From Planctomycetota bacterium (GTDB lineage Bacteria > Planctomycetota > UBA8108 > SXIK01), in NCBI GenBank assembly GCA_965223845.1, contig CBDCXR010000004.1, positions 6,016,001 to 6,080,000 on the forward strand: 64,000 nt of DNA, written 5' to 3'. Position numbers and translations under genes: made by a program. Below the pieces are notes generated by a model, which saw nothing but the letters and a program-made list of their open reading frames with translations, made no database searches and was not told where the DNA came from. Shown here in pieces: positions 29,401 to 38,161 of the stretch. Positions within the stretch are counted from its first letter, which is position 1. Every line of letters starts with the position of its first letter.

Positions 29401-31319
29401 ATGGCATCGAGTCGGACGAGACGAGCTGCGAAGTCGTCGTGGACGCGTCGACACCGAGCGTTCGCGATCTCGCCATCGACGAGATCGGCGCGGAGGGTAC
29501 CGTCCGGCTGCGCTGGTCGAATGCGCCCGGCGGCTACGATTCCATACTCCTCAATCGCTTCCCGCCGCTCCCCGGCGGGAGTCGCGTGCTGGACGGAGAG
29601 AGTGAAGCATTCGAAGACGTCGGCGCCGAACCGAATCTCTACCGCTATCGCGTCGAAGGGATCCGCGGGTCTGAGCGGAGTGTCCCGGTCTCGGTGCGTC
29701 TCGTGTGGCCGGTCGAGAATCTCGCCTGCCGGGGTGACGAGGAAGTCGAGCTCCGGTGGTCGAACCCGAGCTCGTTTTCGTACGACTCGATCGTCGTCAC
29801 CGCGGAGAGCAGCTCCGGGAGGACGCTCGTCTACAACTTGCCGGGGAGTCACGAATCGATCACTCACTTCCGTACGCCCACGGACGCGTTCACGTACATC
29901 GTGCGCGGTGTCGAGAGCGGAGAGTCGAGTCCGGACGCGACCTGCGTGCTCGCGGCGAACGCCGCTCGGGGTCGCGCCGGTGGGATGGACGTCGACCCGA
30001 ATGCGGCACGCCGCATCGAGCCGCGTGGTCTCGCGGCGGGGCCGTGCGACACCCTTCTCATCGCGATCGGATCGTCGGATCCACTCGCTCGCCGTCAAGT
30101 TCTCGTCTGGGACGATGCCCGCCGCTCGCTCGCGCGTCTCGCCGGTCTCACCACGGTGCGCATCGAAGAGATCGAGCGCCCCGGTGAGACGATCCCGATC
30201 TTTACCTGCGAAGACATCGGCGACGGCGCGATCGAGATCGCTCCGATCGACGAAGAAACCGCTGCTCCGAGCGCACTTCCGATCGCCGCGACGGAGGCGG
30301 AGCTCGCCGAGCCGGCGCGCCTCGCGCTCGAGTCCGCGGAGAGCGGAGAAACGGTTGCCGTCTACGTCTCCGACGCTCCGCAGAGCCGCGTCGTCCGCGC
30401 CGACGGTTGCACTGGAGTCCTCACGGAGTTTGCGGCCGTCGACTCGCCCGGTTCGATCGCGACGGACGGTCGTGGCTCGGTGTACGTCGTTGCTTCGAGC
30501 GGTGGGAGGCGCGTCGTGCGCGTGCTTCCCGGGGATTCGGTGCTCGAGTTCGCCGAGCAGCCGGTGGGGCCGGTCCACATCGCCTGGGATCCCCTCCGTG
30601 AGCGCCTTTGCTACGCGACCGATTGGACCTTTGGATGCTTCGACGGCGAACGGGCGGTGTCGCGCCGGTACTCGCTCACCTACACGCCGAGCCGTGGCGG
30701 CGCGCTCGAGGTCGAAGCGGTCGCGGCGCGCGTCGATGCCCTCGCCATCGACCGTGCCGGAGATTTCGCGATCGCGGGACGATACTCGGTCCGGATCACG
30801 GATGTTGAGCTCGGCGTCCACACCGTCGCGGCGGACGTTCGCGTCATCGGGATCGACGGCGATGCGATCGACACTCCGGGTGAGATGACCGCGCGCGATT
30901 TCGTTCGCGGCACCTACGCGTCGACCTGTGATCTCGTGGAGGAGTCGCGGCGAGACTTTCCGAGCGTCGTCGAGGTGCGCGGGCTCGCGTTTCTCCCCGG
31001 CGGCGACCTCGTGCTTGCCGAGCGGACGGCGGAGGGCCAAAGCTTCGTGTACCTCGTGAGCGCGGAGAGCTTCGCGGCCGGCCGGCCGGAACGAAGCCTC
31101 ATCGCGGGCGGCGCGCTCAGTCCTGCGGATCCACGGGAGCTCATCGGAGTCGACGCCGACGGCAGCGACGCGCGGGTGACGCTGATCCCCGAGCTCTCCG
31201 ATCTCGAGACGGATGCTCTCGGAAATGTCTACTTCACCCAGCTCGGGGGACGGCGCGTGCGGCGGTTTTCGCCCGATGTGTCGATCGCAGGCGAAGAAGA
31301 GGGCGGCGATGAACCCTGA
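26403..31319 (+). CDS. Large putative lipoprotein with NHL beta-propeller repeats and about five Fn3-like modules
   Basis: Lipobox-like ILSGC; NHL motifs (PSGLAAAPDGRIYIADSGNDRVR, VYVADTGGNRV); repeated V..L.C....V.L.W.N...YD.I.I.R modules. Start is uncertain (26382 GTG, 26403 or 26406 ATG). Confidence 0.75.
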   Translation: MMRCSWALPAARWRGVVGAGIVAAAAAILSGCYGTVGIVVAVLLDDPPDGPENATVILRSAAPVVDADSCTDTLESRLDLDRESDGALVYTTSPILIRFCVVSKDSDSEVRISYRILQVESPRNAESALVGQVRTISKAGRRTGCDDVHTLEWNAREAFAALGVSRARVQIIGRARGSSDDLPPFWLDLTEPPAVVSDPILRLGTVDEPGEPMRDAIYGEAHVRLELGGGDPDTGAPRAALFFAPDGVGPCPEFCAEDLVALSSEPVTTEDEDPAEPLELFAEFDSAEVSESRARGHLVVVPFSTRVGEPRCIPIEIDNRVPRFEVIAPSSALAGVVGVAVRVEHRSVPEADYLLRAVDVVALDPAGEPSEEFPATPALGGRNEFFADVDAACAAEPDPFRSSRKPRTYVWNAPRDVDAWLARGGAVVPPATLRVTIENQSTGRIFARESNVMTYGRERVGTVAGGGSQANTCAGKITFSSVADVAFANGSVFAADDVRQTIHQFELSFDCAADEPIACQLALAEPIRVFAGDGFRGFDAGSLPATLASFDTPSGLAAAPDGRIYIADSGNDRVRFVDPETQFLESFPPSGGVRFDRPRDVAVVAPDPATPGRYFVYVADTGGNRVVRIDPLELEPPEVAATLAAPRSLAGRVEAGEVALYVAESAADDAVASSCGPATAGSGRVVRIARAAGGTYSCEAVADFPSPIAVAVAGETLFVADEARRNVFRVGADGTIEAIFADLPALVEGFACAPESGGGVRLSWDVDDPSARVLISRDPGFPDAPTRVAELGAGGFEDADAPPGVYTYSVQRIGPPIAAIDCDAEAAELASIGEAVTCLAEVAPRPVRDLSCARAASAAELTWTNDGVYDEIRIVRRDSRGVVSEVVVPGDAARYVDSTATRLGASYSLRGVRAEVASDAVDCELTEDKPPAPSSLVCIAGATSVELAWMNAAEYDRLTIRRESSGRDDVTLRLPGSVESYIDAAVPPGAQRYFVAGSIDGIESDETSCEVVVDASTPSVRDLAIDEIGAEGTVRLRWSNAPGGYDSILLNRFPPLPGGSRVLDGESEAFEDVGAEPNLYRYRVEGIRGSERSVPVSVRLVWPVENLACRGDEEVELRWSNPSSFSYDSIVVTAESSSGRTLVYNLPGSHESITHFRTPTDAFTYIVRGVESGESSPDATCVLAANAARGRAGGMDVDPNAARRIEPRGLAAGPCDTLLIAIGSSDPLARRQVLVWDDARRSLARLAGLTTVRIEEIERPGETIPIFTCEDIGDGAIEIAPIDEETAAPSALPIAATEAELAEPARLALESAESGETVAVYVSDAPQSRVVRADGCTGVLTEFAAVDSPGSIATDGRGSVYVVASSGGRRVVRVLPGDSVLEFAEQPVGPVHIAWDPLRERLCYATDWTFGCFDGERAVSRRYSLTYTPSRGGALEVEAVAARVDALAIDRAGDFAIAGRYSVRITDVELGVHTVAADVRVIGIDGDAIDTPGEMTARDFVRGTYASTCDLVEESRRDFPSVVEVRGLAFLPGGDLVLAERTAEGQSFVYLVSAESFAAGRPERSLIAGGALSPADPRELIGVDADGSDARVTLIPELSDLETDALGNVYFTQLGGRRVRRFSPDVSIAGEEEGGDEP

Positions 31320-31343
31320 ACGATCGCACGAGAGAGGTTCGCG

Positions 31344-32675
31344 ATGATCTCTGCAGAAGCTCTGGACGACCTCGTCTACCAGATCAAGAACCGCGAGCTC
31401 GTTCCGGTCGTCGGCCCTGAGCTTCTCGTCGTCGAGTGGGAAGGTCGCGAGCGGCGTCTCTACGATGTCATCGCGGATCACCTCATCGATAAGCTTCGCA
31501 TCGATCGCGCGGCCCTGAAGATTCGTCCGACGCTCAGCGAGGTGGCCGCCGAGTATCTCGTGCGGCAGCCGCGCGGGAGAGGAAAGCTCAATCTCGCGAT
31601 CCAGCGCTTCCTCGACGAAACGTCGTTCGAGGTTCCCACGCCGCTCCGCCGGCTCGCGGAGATCACCGACTTCAGTCTCTTCGTCTCGACGACGTTCGAC
31701 GGGCTCCTCGAGCACGCTCTCAACGAGGTGCGCTACGGCGGCGAAGACCGCACGATCCGCGGCGCCTACGCGATTCGTACGCAGGCCGACGACATGCCGG
31801 ACGACATCCCCGAGCTCCACGCGTCGTCGGAAGCCCATGTCTACCGCCTGTTCGGCCGGATCTCGAAGCACGAGGACCAGGTCATCCTCGATCGGGACGC
31901 GCTCGAGTTCTTCTCCCGCCTCCACGAGCCGCGGCAGAGACCGCAAAACCTGTTCGATCTCCTTCGCGATCAGCAGCTTCTCATCCTCGGCTGCAACTAT
32001 CCGGACTGGCTGACCCGCTTCTTCGTGCGTCTCCTCTGGGGTGCGCCGGCCGAGAATCGGACCGGTGGTGACTGGGTCGCCGACCGAGAGACGAGAGCTC
32101 AATCCGGCCTGACTGCGTTTCTGCGGAGCGGCGAGATCGAGTACCTCCGAAGCGGCGACTCCGTCGACCTCGTCCGGCGACTTCACGAGGCGTGGCGCGC
32201 CGCGACACCGACCGAGGCGAGGACGGAGAAGCCCAAGGTTCCGCAGGGTTGCGTGTTCCTCAGCTTCTCGAGCGCGGATCGCCGGCACGTCGCCCGCTTG
32301 CGCGACCAGCTGAAATCGAACGGGCTCACCGTGTGGTTCGACGAGGAACGAATCCTCTACGGACAGGACTACGCATCGGTGATCGCCGCGGGAATCGAGA
32401 AGGCGCAGTGGTTCGTTCCCTGCATCTCGAAGAACACGGCCGACCAGGAAGACCGCTACTTCCCGGTCGAGTGGGAGATCGCCGTCAAGCAGGTCGAGCG
32501 GATCGGGATCAACAACATCTGCCCCGTCATCCTCGATAGCAGCTCGCCCCACGATCTCGTCATCCCGCCCGCGTTCAAGCGCGTCCGGATCGCCGACTGC
32601 CCGAACGGCAATCCGCCGAATGATTTCGTCCAGCGACTGCAGAAGAGCGAGCCGGAACCGCTCCCCGTTTCATGA
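31344..32675 (+). CDS. SIR2-like domain plus TIR domain protein
   Basis: N-terminal SIR2-like layout VPVVGPEL / VSTTFDGLL / YRLFG / LILGCNYPDW; C-terminal TIR VFLSFSSAD...VWFDE...FVPCISKNT...YFPVEW; RBS GAGAGG. Confidence 0.85.
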   Translation: MISAEALDDLVYQIKNRELVPVVGPELLVVEWEGRERRLYDVIADHLIDKLRIDRAALKIRPTLSEVAAEYLVRQPRGRGKLNLAIQRFLDETSFEVPTPLRRLAEITDFSLFVSTTFDGLLEHALNEVRYGGEDRTIRGAYAIRTQADDMPDDIPELHASSEAHVYRLFGRISKHEDQVILDRDALEFFSRLHEPRQRPQNLFDLLRDQQLLILGCNYPDWLTRFFVRLLWGAPAENRTGGDWVADRETRAQSGLTAFLRSGEIEYLRSGDSVDLVRRLHEAWRAATPTEARTEKPKVPQGCVFLSFSSADRRHVARLRDQLKSNGLTVWFDEERILYGQDYASVIAAGIEKAQWFVPCISKNTADQEDRYFPVEWEIAVKQVERIGINNICPVILDSSSPHDLVIPPAFKRVRIADCPNGNPPNDFVQRLQKSEPEPLPVS

Positions 32676-35600
32676 GTACGTCGACACAGCCCCCCAATGT
32701 CGCTTCGGCGACGCCGGAGAACCCGTGGCTCGGGCTTCGATTCTTCGAAGAGTCCGACCAGCGGTTCTTTTTTGGTCGGGAGCGCGAGGTCGCGCAGCTC
32801 TTTCGCCTCGTTCAGCGCGAAGTCGCGTCCGTTCTCTTCGGGCAGTCGGGGCTCGGGAAGAGCTCGATTCTGAATGCGGGACTCTTTCCGCGGCTCCGCC
32901 GTCGGGGGTTCTTCCCGGTGCGCGTGACCTTCGACTACGGAGACGGCGACGACGCGGAGTCGCCGACCCTTCTCGAGCAGACGCGCCGGCAAATCGAGCA
33001 TGCGCTCTCGCTGCGAGGGATCCAGACCGAGCGTGACGAGGACGCCCCGCTCGCCGAGGACGAGACGCTCTGGGAGTACTACCAGAACACTCGGTTCTGG
33101 GACGGTGCGCGTCTCGTGACGCCCGTGATCGTTTTCGATCAGTTCGAAGAGATCTTCAAGCGAGGGCCGACCAGCCCTCGCGCGCTCGCATCGACGCAGG
33201 AGTTCGTTGAGGAACTCGCCGATCTCATCGAGAACCGGATCCCGGAAAGCGTGCAGCAGAGGATTCGCTCGGCCGATCTCCCCGGATTTTCCGCGCGCGC
33301 GCCGCGGGTCAAGATCGTCCTTTCCTTGCGCGAAGACTACCTCGCCGATCTCGAGGAGCTCGTCCCGGGGATTCCGTCGCTTTCCGGACGCGTTCGTTAC
33401 CGGCTCGGGCCGATGGCGGGCGACCAGGCGCTCGACGCGATCCGCGAGCCCGCCGAGGAGAAGCAGCTCCTCGAGGAAGGCGTCGCTGAAAAGATCCTCG
33501 ATGCGATTCGCGAGTCGCGGCGACGGACCTCGTCCCGATTCCTCCCCTTCGTCCGCGACCGCTCGCGCACGATCGAGGTCGAGCCGTTCCTTCTCAGCCT
33601 CTTCTGTCGCGAGCTGAATGAGCTCCGCGACCCCCGACGACGCGGCGGAAAAGCGGGCGCGCGCAAGCTTACGCGCATCACCGCGGACCTCGTCGAGTCG
33701 CACCAACGAGGGATCCTCCGCCACTTCTACGAGTCGTGCCTCCGTGATCTCCCGAACGCGGAGAAGGTGCAAACCTTCGTCGAGGATCGGCTCGTCGGTG
33801 AGACCGGCTACCGCGAGCTCGTCTCGACCGAGCGGGCGAAGCGCGAGTTCGAAATCTCCCCGTCGACTCTCGACAAGCTCGTCGAACGTCGTCTCCTTCG
33901 CCGCGACGAGCGCCGCGGCGTCGTCCACGTCGAGCTCGCCCACGACGTCCTCGTCGACGAGATCGTCGAGAGCCGCCGGCGCCGCCGACTTCGCGCGCGG
34001 CAGAAAGCTTGGCTGAGGCAGGCTTTCCTTTGGTCGACCATCGCAGTCTTTGCCGCGACGCTGATCGGCGTCCGGCTTTTCCTCCTCGTCTTCGAGAGGG
34101 ACGTTCGGGTTTCCGACGACCACTACACGAGCCGGGAGAGCCGGAGCGTCGCGGTGGATACGTCGAAGCTCGAGCTTCCGGATGGCGCCGACGTCAGTGC
34201 CTACACCTGGTCGAGCGCCCTCGGCGGGGTGGGAACTCTCGGACTCAAGGGGAACTACTTGACCGGCCGGATTCTGAACGTCGGTGAGAGCGAGGCGAGT
34301 CGCGTGCTGACGCTTCTCGGACGGAAGGTCGGCATCTTTGAGACCGAGGTTCTCCGCCTCCCGGTCAGCGTGATCTTCGACGACGATTCGCCGACCGTTT
34401 CGCCGGACGAGATCACCTTCGCCAATCAGGGCGGCGTGCTCCGCGATCCCGCGAAGTTCGCCGCCGAGGAGCGCGTTCGCATTCGCCATTCGGCGCGCCT
34501 TGGCGTCGTGGTCACCGATGCGAGCCCTTGTCGAGTCGAGCTGCGACGCGCGGGTTCCGAAGAGGTCGTCATGACGGCGAGCTTGGCGACGGCGGACGAG
34601 GCCGACGTTTCGCAGCGGAGCGACGATGCGGCGGGGCCCGGAGACGAGGGCTCAGGAACGGCGGAATTTCGCGGAGAACAAGTCCGCCGCTATCAGTTCA
34701 ATCTTCAGGAACTCGCGAACTCCGCTCCGCTTCCGCCGGGACCGATCGATCTCGAGATCTACGTCGAGGATGCCGCGGGTCATTCCGCAGAACTCATTCC
34801 GCTCAGCCTCACGATCGACAACGGCCCCGAGCTTTCCGCTGACCCGCAGACCGATCCGCCGCTCTTCGGCGCGGGACGCGCGTTCCTTCCCGTTCGCGTG
34901 GCGGCGGGCGAGCTTCTTCAAACCGTGAGCTTCAACATCGACTCCGATCAGGGCGAGATTTCGGAGCCCGCGGTGTTCTACGCCCGGGAGCAGATCGAAG
35001 AGTGGAGGCGGAATCGCTGGAGCGGCGCGGACGCGACCGGGTTCGATGCGCTCAGCGCCGTCACCGACCCGGCGCTGCTCGAGCACACCACCAACTACTG
35101 CCTCGCCGTCCCGCTCGCGCCTCCGCCAAACGGCGCTCAGACCTGGACGCTCAAGCTGCACGTTCGCGACAATTCCTTCCCGAGCAAGCTCGGCGAGCCG
35201 GAGTTTACGTTCGGTCTACCCCCAGGATTCGACCTCTCACCGAGCGGCGCCGACGACTACCCGTTCGAATCGGTGCGTGCGGGGACGACGTTTCTCGGCG
35301 CCGACGAGTACGCCTACTCCGACTCGGGTCCGGGCCCGGCCCGGCTCGGTCCGATCCAGGCGACTCTCGCTGCGAACTGCGACTTCGTCGAGATCCGCGT
35401 CGGTGCCGACGGAGATCCGCAGCGGGGCGCCGTCGCCGGCGACGATGTGAAGTTCGACGAGCTCGAGCTTCAGCCCGACGCGCGCAACGAGGTCACGATC
35501 CGGGTCGCCGATCTCCTCGGTCGGACCTTCGAGAAAACTTGGACGATCCGGCCCGATCGAGCTCCTCCTTCGATCGATTTGATCGTTCGCCCGGCCGAGC

Positions 35601-37003
35601 AGAACGATACGACGAATCGAGTGCGGTACGTGTTCGAAGTCGCGGCGGACGAACCGGTCGCGCAGGCGACGCTGCAGGCTACGTGGCGGGTGGACTCGGA
35701 GGAGCGGCGGTCGTCGTTCCCGCCGACGCCGGAAAACTCACTCGTTTTCGAGCCAGTGCTTTCCGAGCGCGACTACACGCTCACGTGTACGGCGAAGGAC
35801 GCCGTGGGAAACTCGGGAGAAGCGGTCGTGGCCGTGTCCGTCAATCCGCGAGGTCCGCGCGTCACGACGATGAGTGGGCAGGACTTCGTCGAGCCGGATG
35901 CCGTGACGGGTGTCGTCCGTCTTCGGGCCGAGGACGGGAACGGGATCGACGTCGACGGCGCGTCCATCGAGTTCCGGGTCTCGCACGGAAAAGGACGAGG
36001 ACTCACCGTGACAGCGAGCGGAAGGCTGGAGCGAGGATCGATTCTCGAGGTCACGCCCGACGAGCCTCTCCCGATTCCGTCGCGCGGTTCGATCGAGATC
36101 AAGCTCCGCGATTCGCCGGCCGACGGCAACTCGCTCGAAACGACGACGAGTCTCCCCTACGTCCTCGAGCCGAACTGGCGGCCCTGTGTCGAGTGGCCAC
36201 AGGGATCTGGGCTGAGCTGGATCTTCGTCGAGAGCTTTTACATCCTTCAGACCGAAGTTTCGAACGAGAGCTTCGCGGCGGCCGTCGCGGGAGGCGTGGT
36301 CCGCGCACCGAAGTACTTTCGCCCCAACGGGACGGTTCGCTACGAGCGCGCGGGGCGCCCGATCGACGGCGCGCGGTATCCCGTCGTCGGCGTCGAGCCG
36401 GACGACGCCCTCGCCTTCGCGAAGACCATCGATCCGGGCGCGCGCCTCCCTTGGTGGGACGAGTGGCTCGACGCCGCTCGGCGCGACAATCCCTACGACG
36501 ATCACCCCGGAAAGAGCGACGACGACTGGGACGGTGTGAACTTTCGCTCGCGCTCGCGACCGAGCAATCAGGCGCGCGAGCGTGACGAGCGTACCGATCG
36601 GATTCTCGCGCGTGAGCCGCTTCCGTGTTTTCACGTTCCGGTCGACTACGGTCTCGGCGGGCACGCTCCCGGTTCGCCCCGGTGCAGCGAACCGGGCGTC
36701 CACCGCCTCCTCCACCAGCTCGGGAACGTGCAGGAGATCGTCCGGAGGAACGGGAGCGAAAGCGAGCCCGCCTACGGCGTCGTGGGGGGCTTTTACGATT
36801 CGAACCTCGACGTGATCCTGCGGCCGGGACGCCGTCCTCGACCGTATCGTGCCGCGGCGCATCGCTCGTTCACGACCGGTTTCCGTCTCGTGATCGATCC
36901 GGAAAAAGCGTCGGAGGCGTTCAAGCGCGAGGCGCGCAAAGAGACGAACCGAGAGACTGCGGACGAAGCCCCCGGCGGAGAGGAGACGCGCGATGGCCGC
37001 TGA
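32672..37003 (+). CDS. nSTAND1-type NTPase with a transmembrane helix, beta-rich ectodomain and C-terminal FGE-sulfatase (SUMF1-like) domain
   Basis: ENPWLGL..F.E....FFGRERE; Walker A GQSGLGKSS; Walker B VIVFDQFEEIF; LSLREDYL; VELAHDVL; TM AFLWSTIAVFAATLIGVRLFLLVF; FGE-like QTEVSN, YPVVGV..DDALAF, RLPWWDEW, GNVQE and GFRLV. Confidence 0.85.
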   Translation: MSTSTQPPNVASATPENPWLGLRFFEESDQRFFFGREREVAQLFRLVQREVASVLFGQSGLGKSSILNAGLFPRLRRRGFFPVRVTFDYGDGDDAESPTLLEQTRRQIEHALSLRGIQTERDEDAPLAEDETLWEYYQNTRFWDGARLVTPVIVFDQFEEIFKRGPTSPRALASTQEFVEELADLIENRIPESVQQRIRSADLPGFSARAPRVKIVLSLREDYLADLEELVPGIPSLSGRVRYRLGPMAGDQALDAIREPAEEKQLLEEGVAEKILDAIRESRRRTSSRFLPFVRDRSRTIEVEPFLLSLFCRELNELRDPRRRGGKAGARKLTRITADLVESHQRGILRHFYESCLRDLPNAEKVQTFVEDRLVGETGYRELVSTERAKREFEISPSTLDKLVERRLLRRDERRGVVHVELAHDVLVDEIVESRRRRRLRARQKAWLRQAFLWSTIAVFAATLIGVRLFLLVFERDVRVSDDHYTSRESRSVAVDTSKLELPDGADVSAYTWSSALGGVGTLGLKGNYLTGRILNVGESEASRVLTLLGRKVGIFETEVLRLPVSVIFDDDSPTVSPDEITFANQGGVLRDPAKFAAEERVRIRHSARLGVVVTDASPCRVELRRAGSEEVVMTASLATADEADVSQRSDDAAGPGDEGSGTAEFRGEQVRRYQFNLQELANSAPLPPGPIDLEIYVEDAAGHSAELIPLSLTIDNGPELSADPQTDPPLFGAGRAFLPVRVAAGELLQTVSFNIDSDQGEISEPAVFYAREQIEEWRRNRWSGADATGFDALSAVTDPALLEHTTNYCLAVPLAPPPNGAQTWTLKLHVRDNSFPSKLGEPEFTFGLPPGFDLSPSGADDYPFESVRAGTTFLGADEYAYSDSGPGPARLGPIQATLAANCDFVEIRVGADGDPQRGAVAGDDVKFDELELQPDARNEVTIRVADLLGRTFEKTWTIRPDRAPPSIDLIVRPAEQNDTTNRVRYVFEVAADEPVAQATLQATWRVDSEERRSSFPPTPENSLVFEPVLSERDYTLTCTAKDAVGNSGEAVVAVSVNPRGPRVTTMSGQDFVEPDAVTGVVRLRAEDGNGIDVDGASIEFRVSHGKGRGLTVTASGRLERGSILEVTPDEPLPIPSRGSIEIKLRDSPADGNSLETTTSLPYVLEPNWRPCVEWPQGSGLSWIFVESFYILQTEVSNESFAAAVAGGVVRAPKYFRPNGTVRYERAGRPIDGARYPVVGVEPDDALAFAKTIDPGARLPWWDEWLDAARRDNPYDDHPGKSDDDWDGVNFRSRSRPSNQARERDERTDRILAREPLPCFHVPVDYGLGGHAPGSPRCSEPGVHRLLHQLGNVQEIVRRNGSESEPAYGVVGGFYDSNLDVILRPGRRPRPYRAAAHRSFTTGFRLVIDPEKASEAFKREARKETNRETADEAPGGEETRDGR

Positions 37004-37988
37004 TCGCCTCATTCGACCACTCTTCACGCTCCTCTGCGCCAGCCTCGTACTCTTCGGACTTGGATGCCGGAGCACGGTGAGCCCGGACGTGAGGAGGAGC
37101 GGTTCGCTTCCGTTCGTCGTCGCGATCGAAGGTCGAGAGGGCGACGAGCACGGGCTCTCGATGATTCGACTTCACGAGGACTTCATCGCGAGCGAGGCGT
37201 TCACGTATGTGACGACGCCGAGCGACGGCATCGTCCCGGATGTCGTGATCACACTCGGCGTGAGCGGCGAGTCGTTCGGCGAGTTCACCGTCGACACTCT
37301 CGGCGCGAGCCTATCCACCACCACATGGCTCTTCCTCGGCTACGTCGGTTGGTTCTTTGCCGACCACGTCTACATGGATTCCAACTACTTCGCTGAAATC
37401 TCCGCCGCCGTTCCCGAGTCGAAGCACCGGCTCGACTTCTACCGCGATACGGTGAGCCTGAACGCCTTCGAGCTGAGTCGCTTCGACCGCGTCCCGGAAG
37501 AGAACCGATCCTGGGACGTTCTCGCCGGCGTGTTCATTCCGCCGTTCGCTCCGATGTCGATTTCGACCGAGGCTCTCTGGCGCCAGTCGGAGGAGCGGCT
37601 CGTCGTCGATGGGATCGGACGAATGGTGCGCGGGTTTCCACTCGGCTACCTCGAGCAGCACGGCTGCTACGTCGTCTACCGGCCCGATCAAGACGACTTG
37701 ATCCTCGTTGCCCGCGAGATGCCGTTCGCCGTGACGTTGACGGCCAAGGAGACGGGCTCGAAGCGCACGCTCGACCTCGAGGCGATCACGACGCGAGAGC
37801 TGCGCGACCCGGAAACGGAGGAGAGTGTCCGGCGCGATCTCTCGGAGCGCGGACTCGGGATCGGTGGAACTCCACTCGACCGTCTCTATCTCATTCCGCT
37901 CACCGATCGAGAGCTCGGCTTCGTTCGCATCGCCATCGAGCTCCAGACTTCGAGGGGCGACTTCACGATCGAGAGACCGCTCGAGTGA
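36993..37988 (+). CDS. Putative lipoprotein of unknown function
   Basis: Signal peptide ending LFGLGC; RBS GAGGAG; overlaps the NTPase stop by 11 nt; internal hydrophobic stretch. Confidence 0.7.
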   Translation: MAADRLIRPLFTLLCASLVLFGLGCRSTVSPDVRRSGSLPFVVAIEGREGDEHGLSMIRLHEDFIASEAFTYVTTPSDGIVPDVVITLGVSGESFGEFTVDTLGASLSTTTWLFLGYVGWFFADHVYMDSNYFAEISAAVPESKHRLDFYRDTVSLNAFELSRFDRVPEENRSWDVLAGVFIPPFAPMSISTEALWRQSEERLVVDGIGRMVRGFPLGYLEQHGCYVVYRPDQDDLILVAREMPFAVTLTAKETGSKRTLDLEAITTRELRDPETEESVRRDLSERGLGIGGTPLDRLYLIPLTDRELGFVRIAIELQTSRGDFTIERPLE

Positions 37989-38161
37989 TGCGAGCTCGTT
38001 CACCTCTTCCGCCTTTCGCTGCGATTCTCGCTGTGGACGCCGCGCGTTCGTAGCGATAGCTTGGCTCCCGTTCACCGGCTGTCGGCCCGTCGCGCGGTCT
38101 CCCCGGCCGTGCGGTGCGACGTCAGCAACCCGTCTCGTGAATCGCAGTGAGCAGCGACGCT

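Noticed and set aside
28629-34489. Minus-strand ORFs of 1307 aa and 677 aa
   Set aside because: Antisense to the motif-bearing lipoprotein, TIR and STAND genes; no recognisable domains.
36200-36920. FGE-like domain as a diversity-generating retroelement target
   Set aside because: No reverse transcriptase and no adenine-variant template repeat seen in this window.
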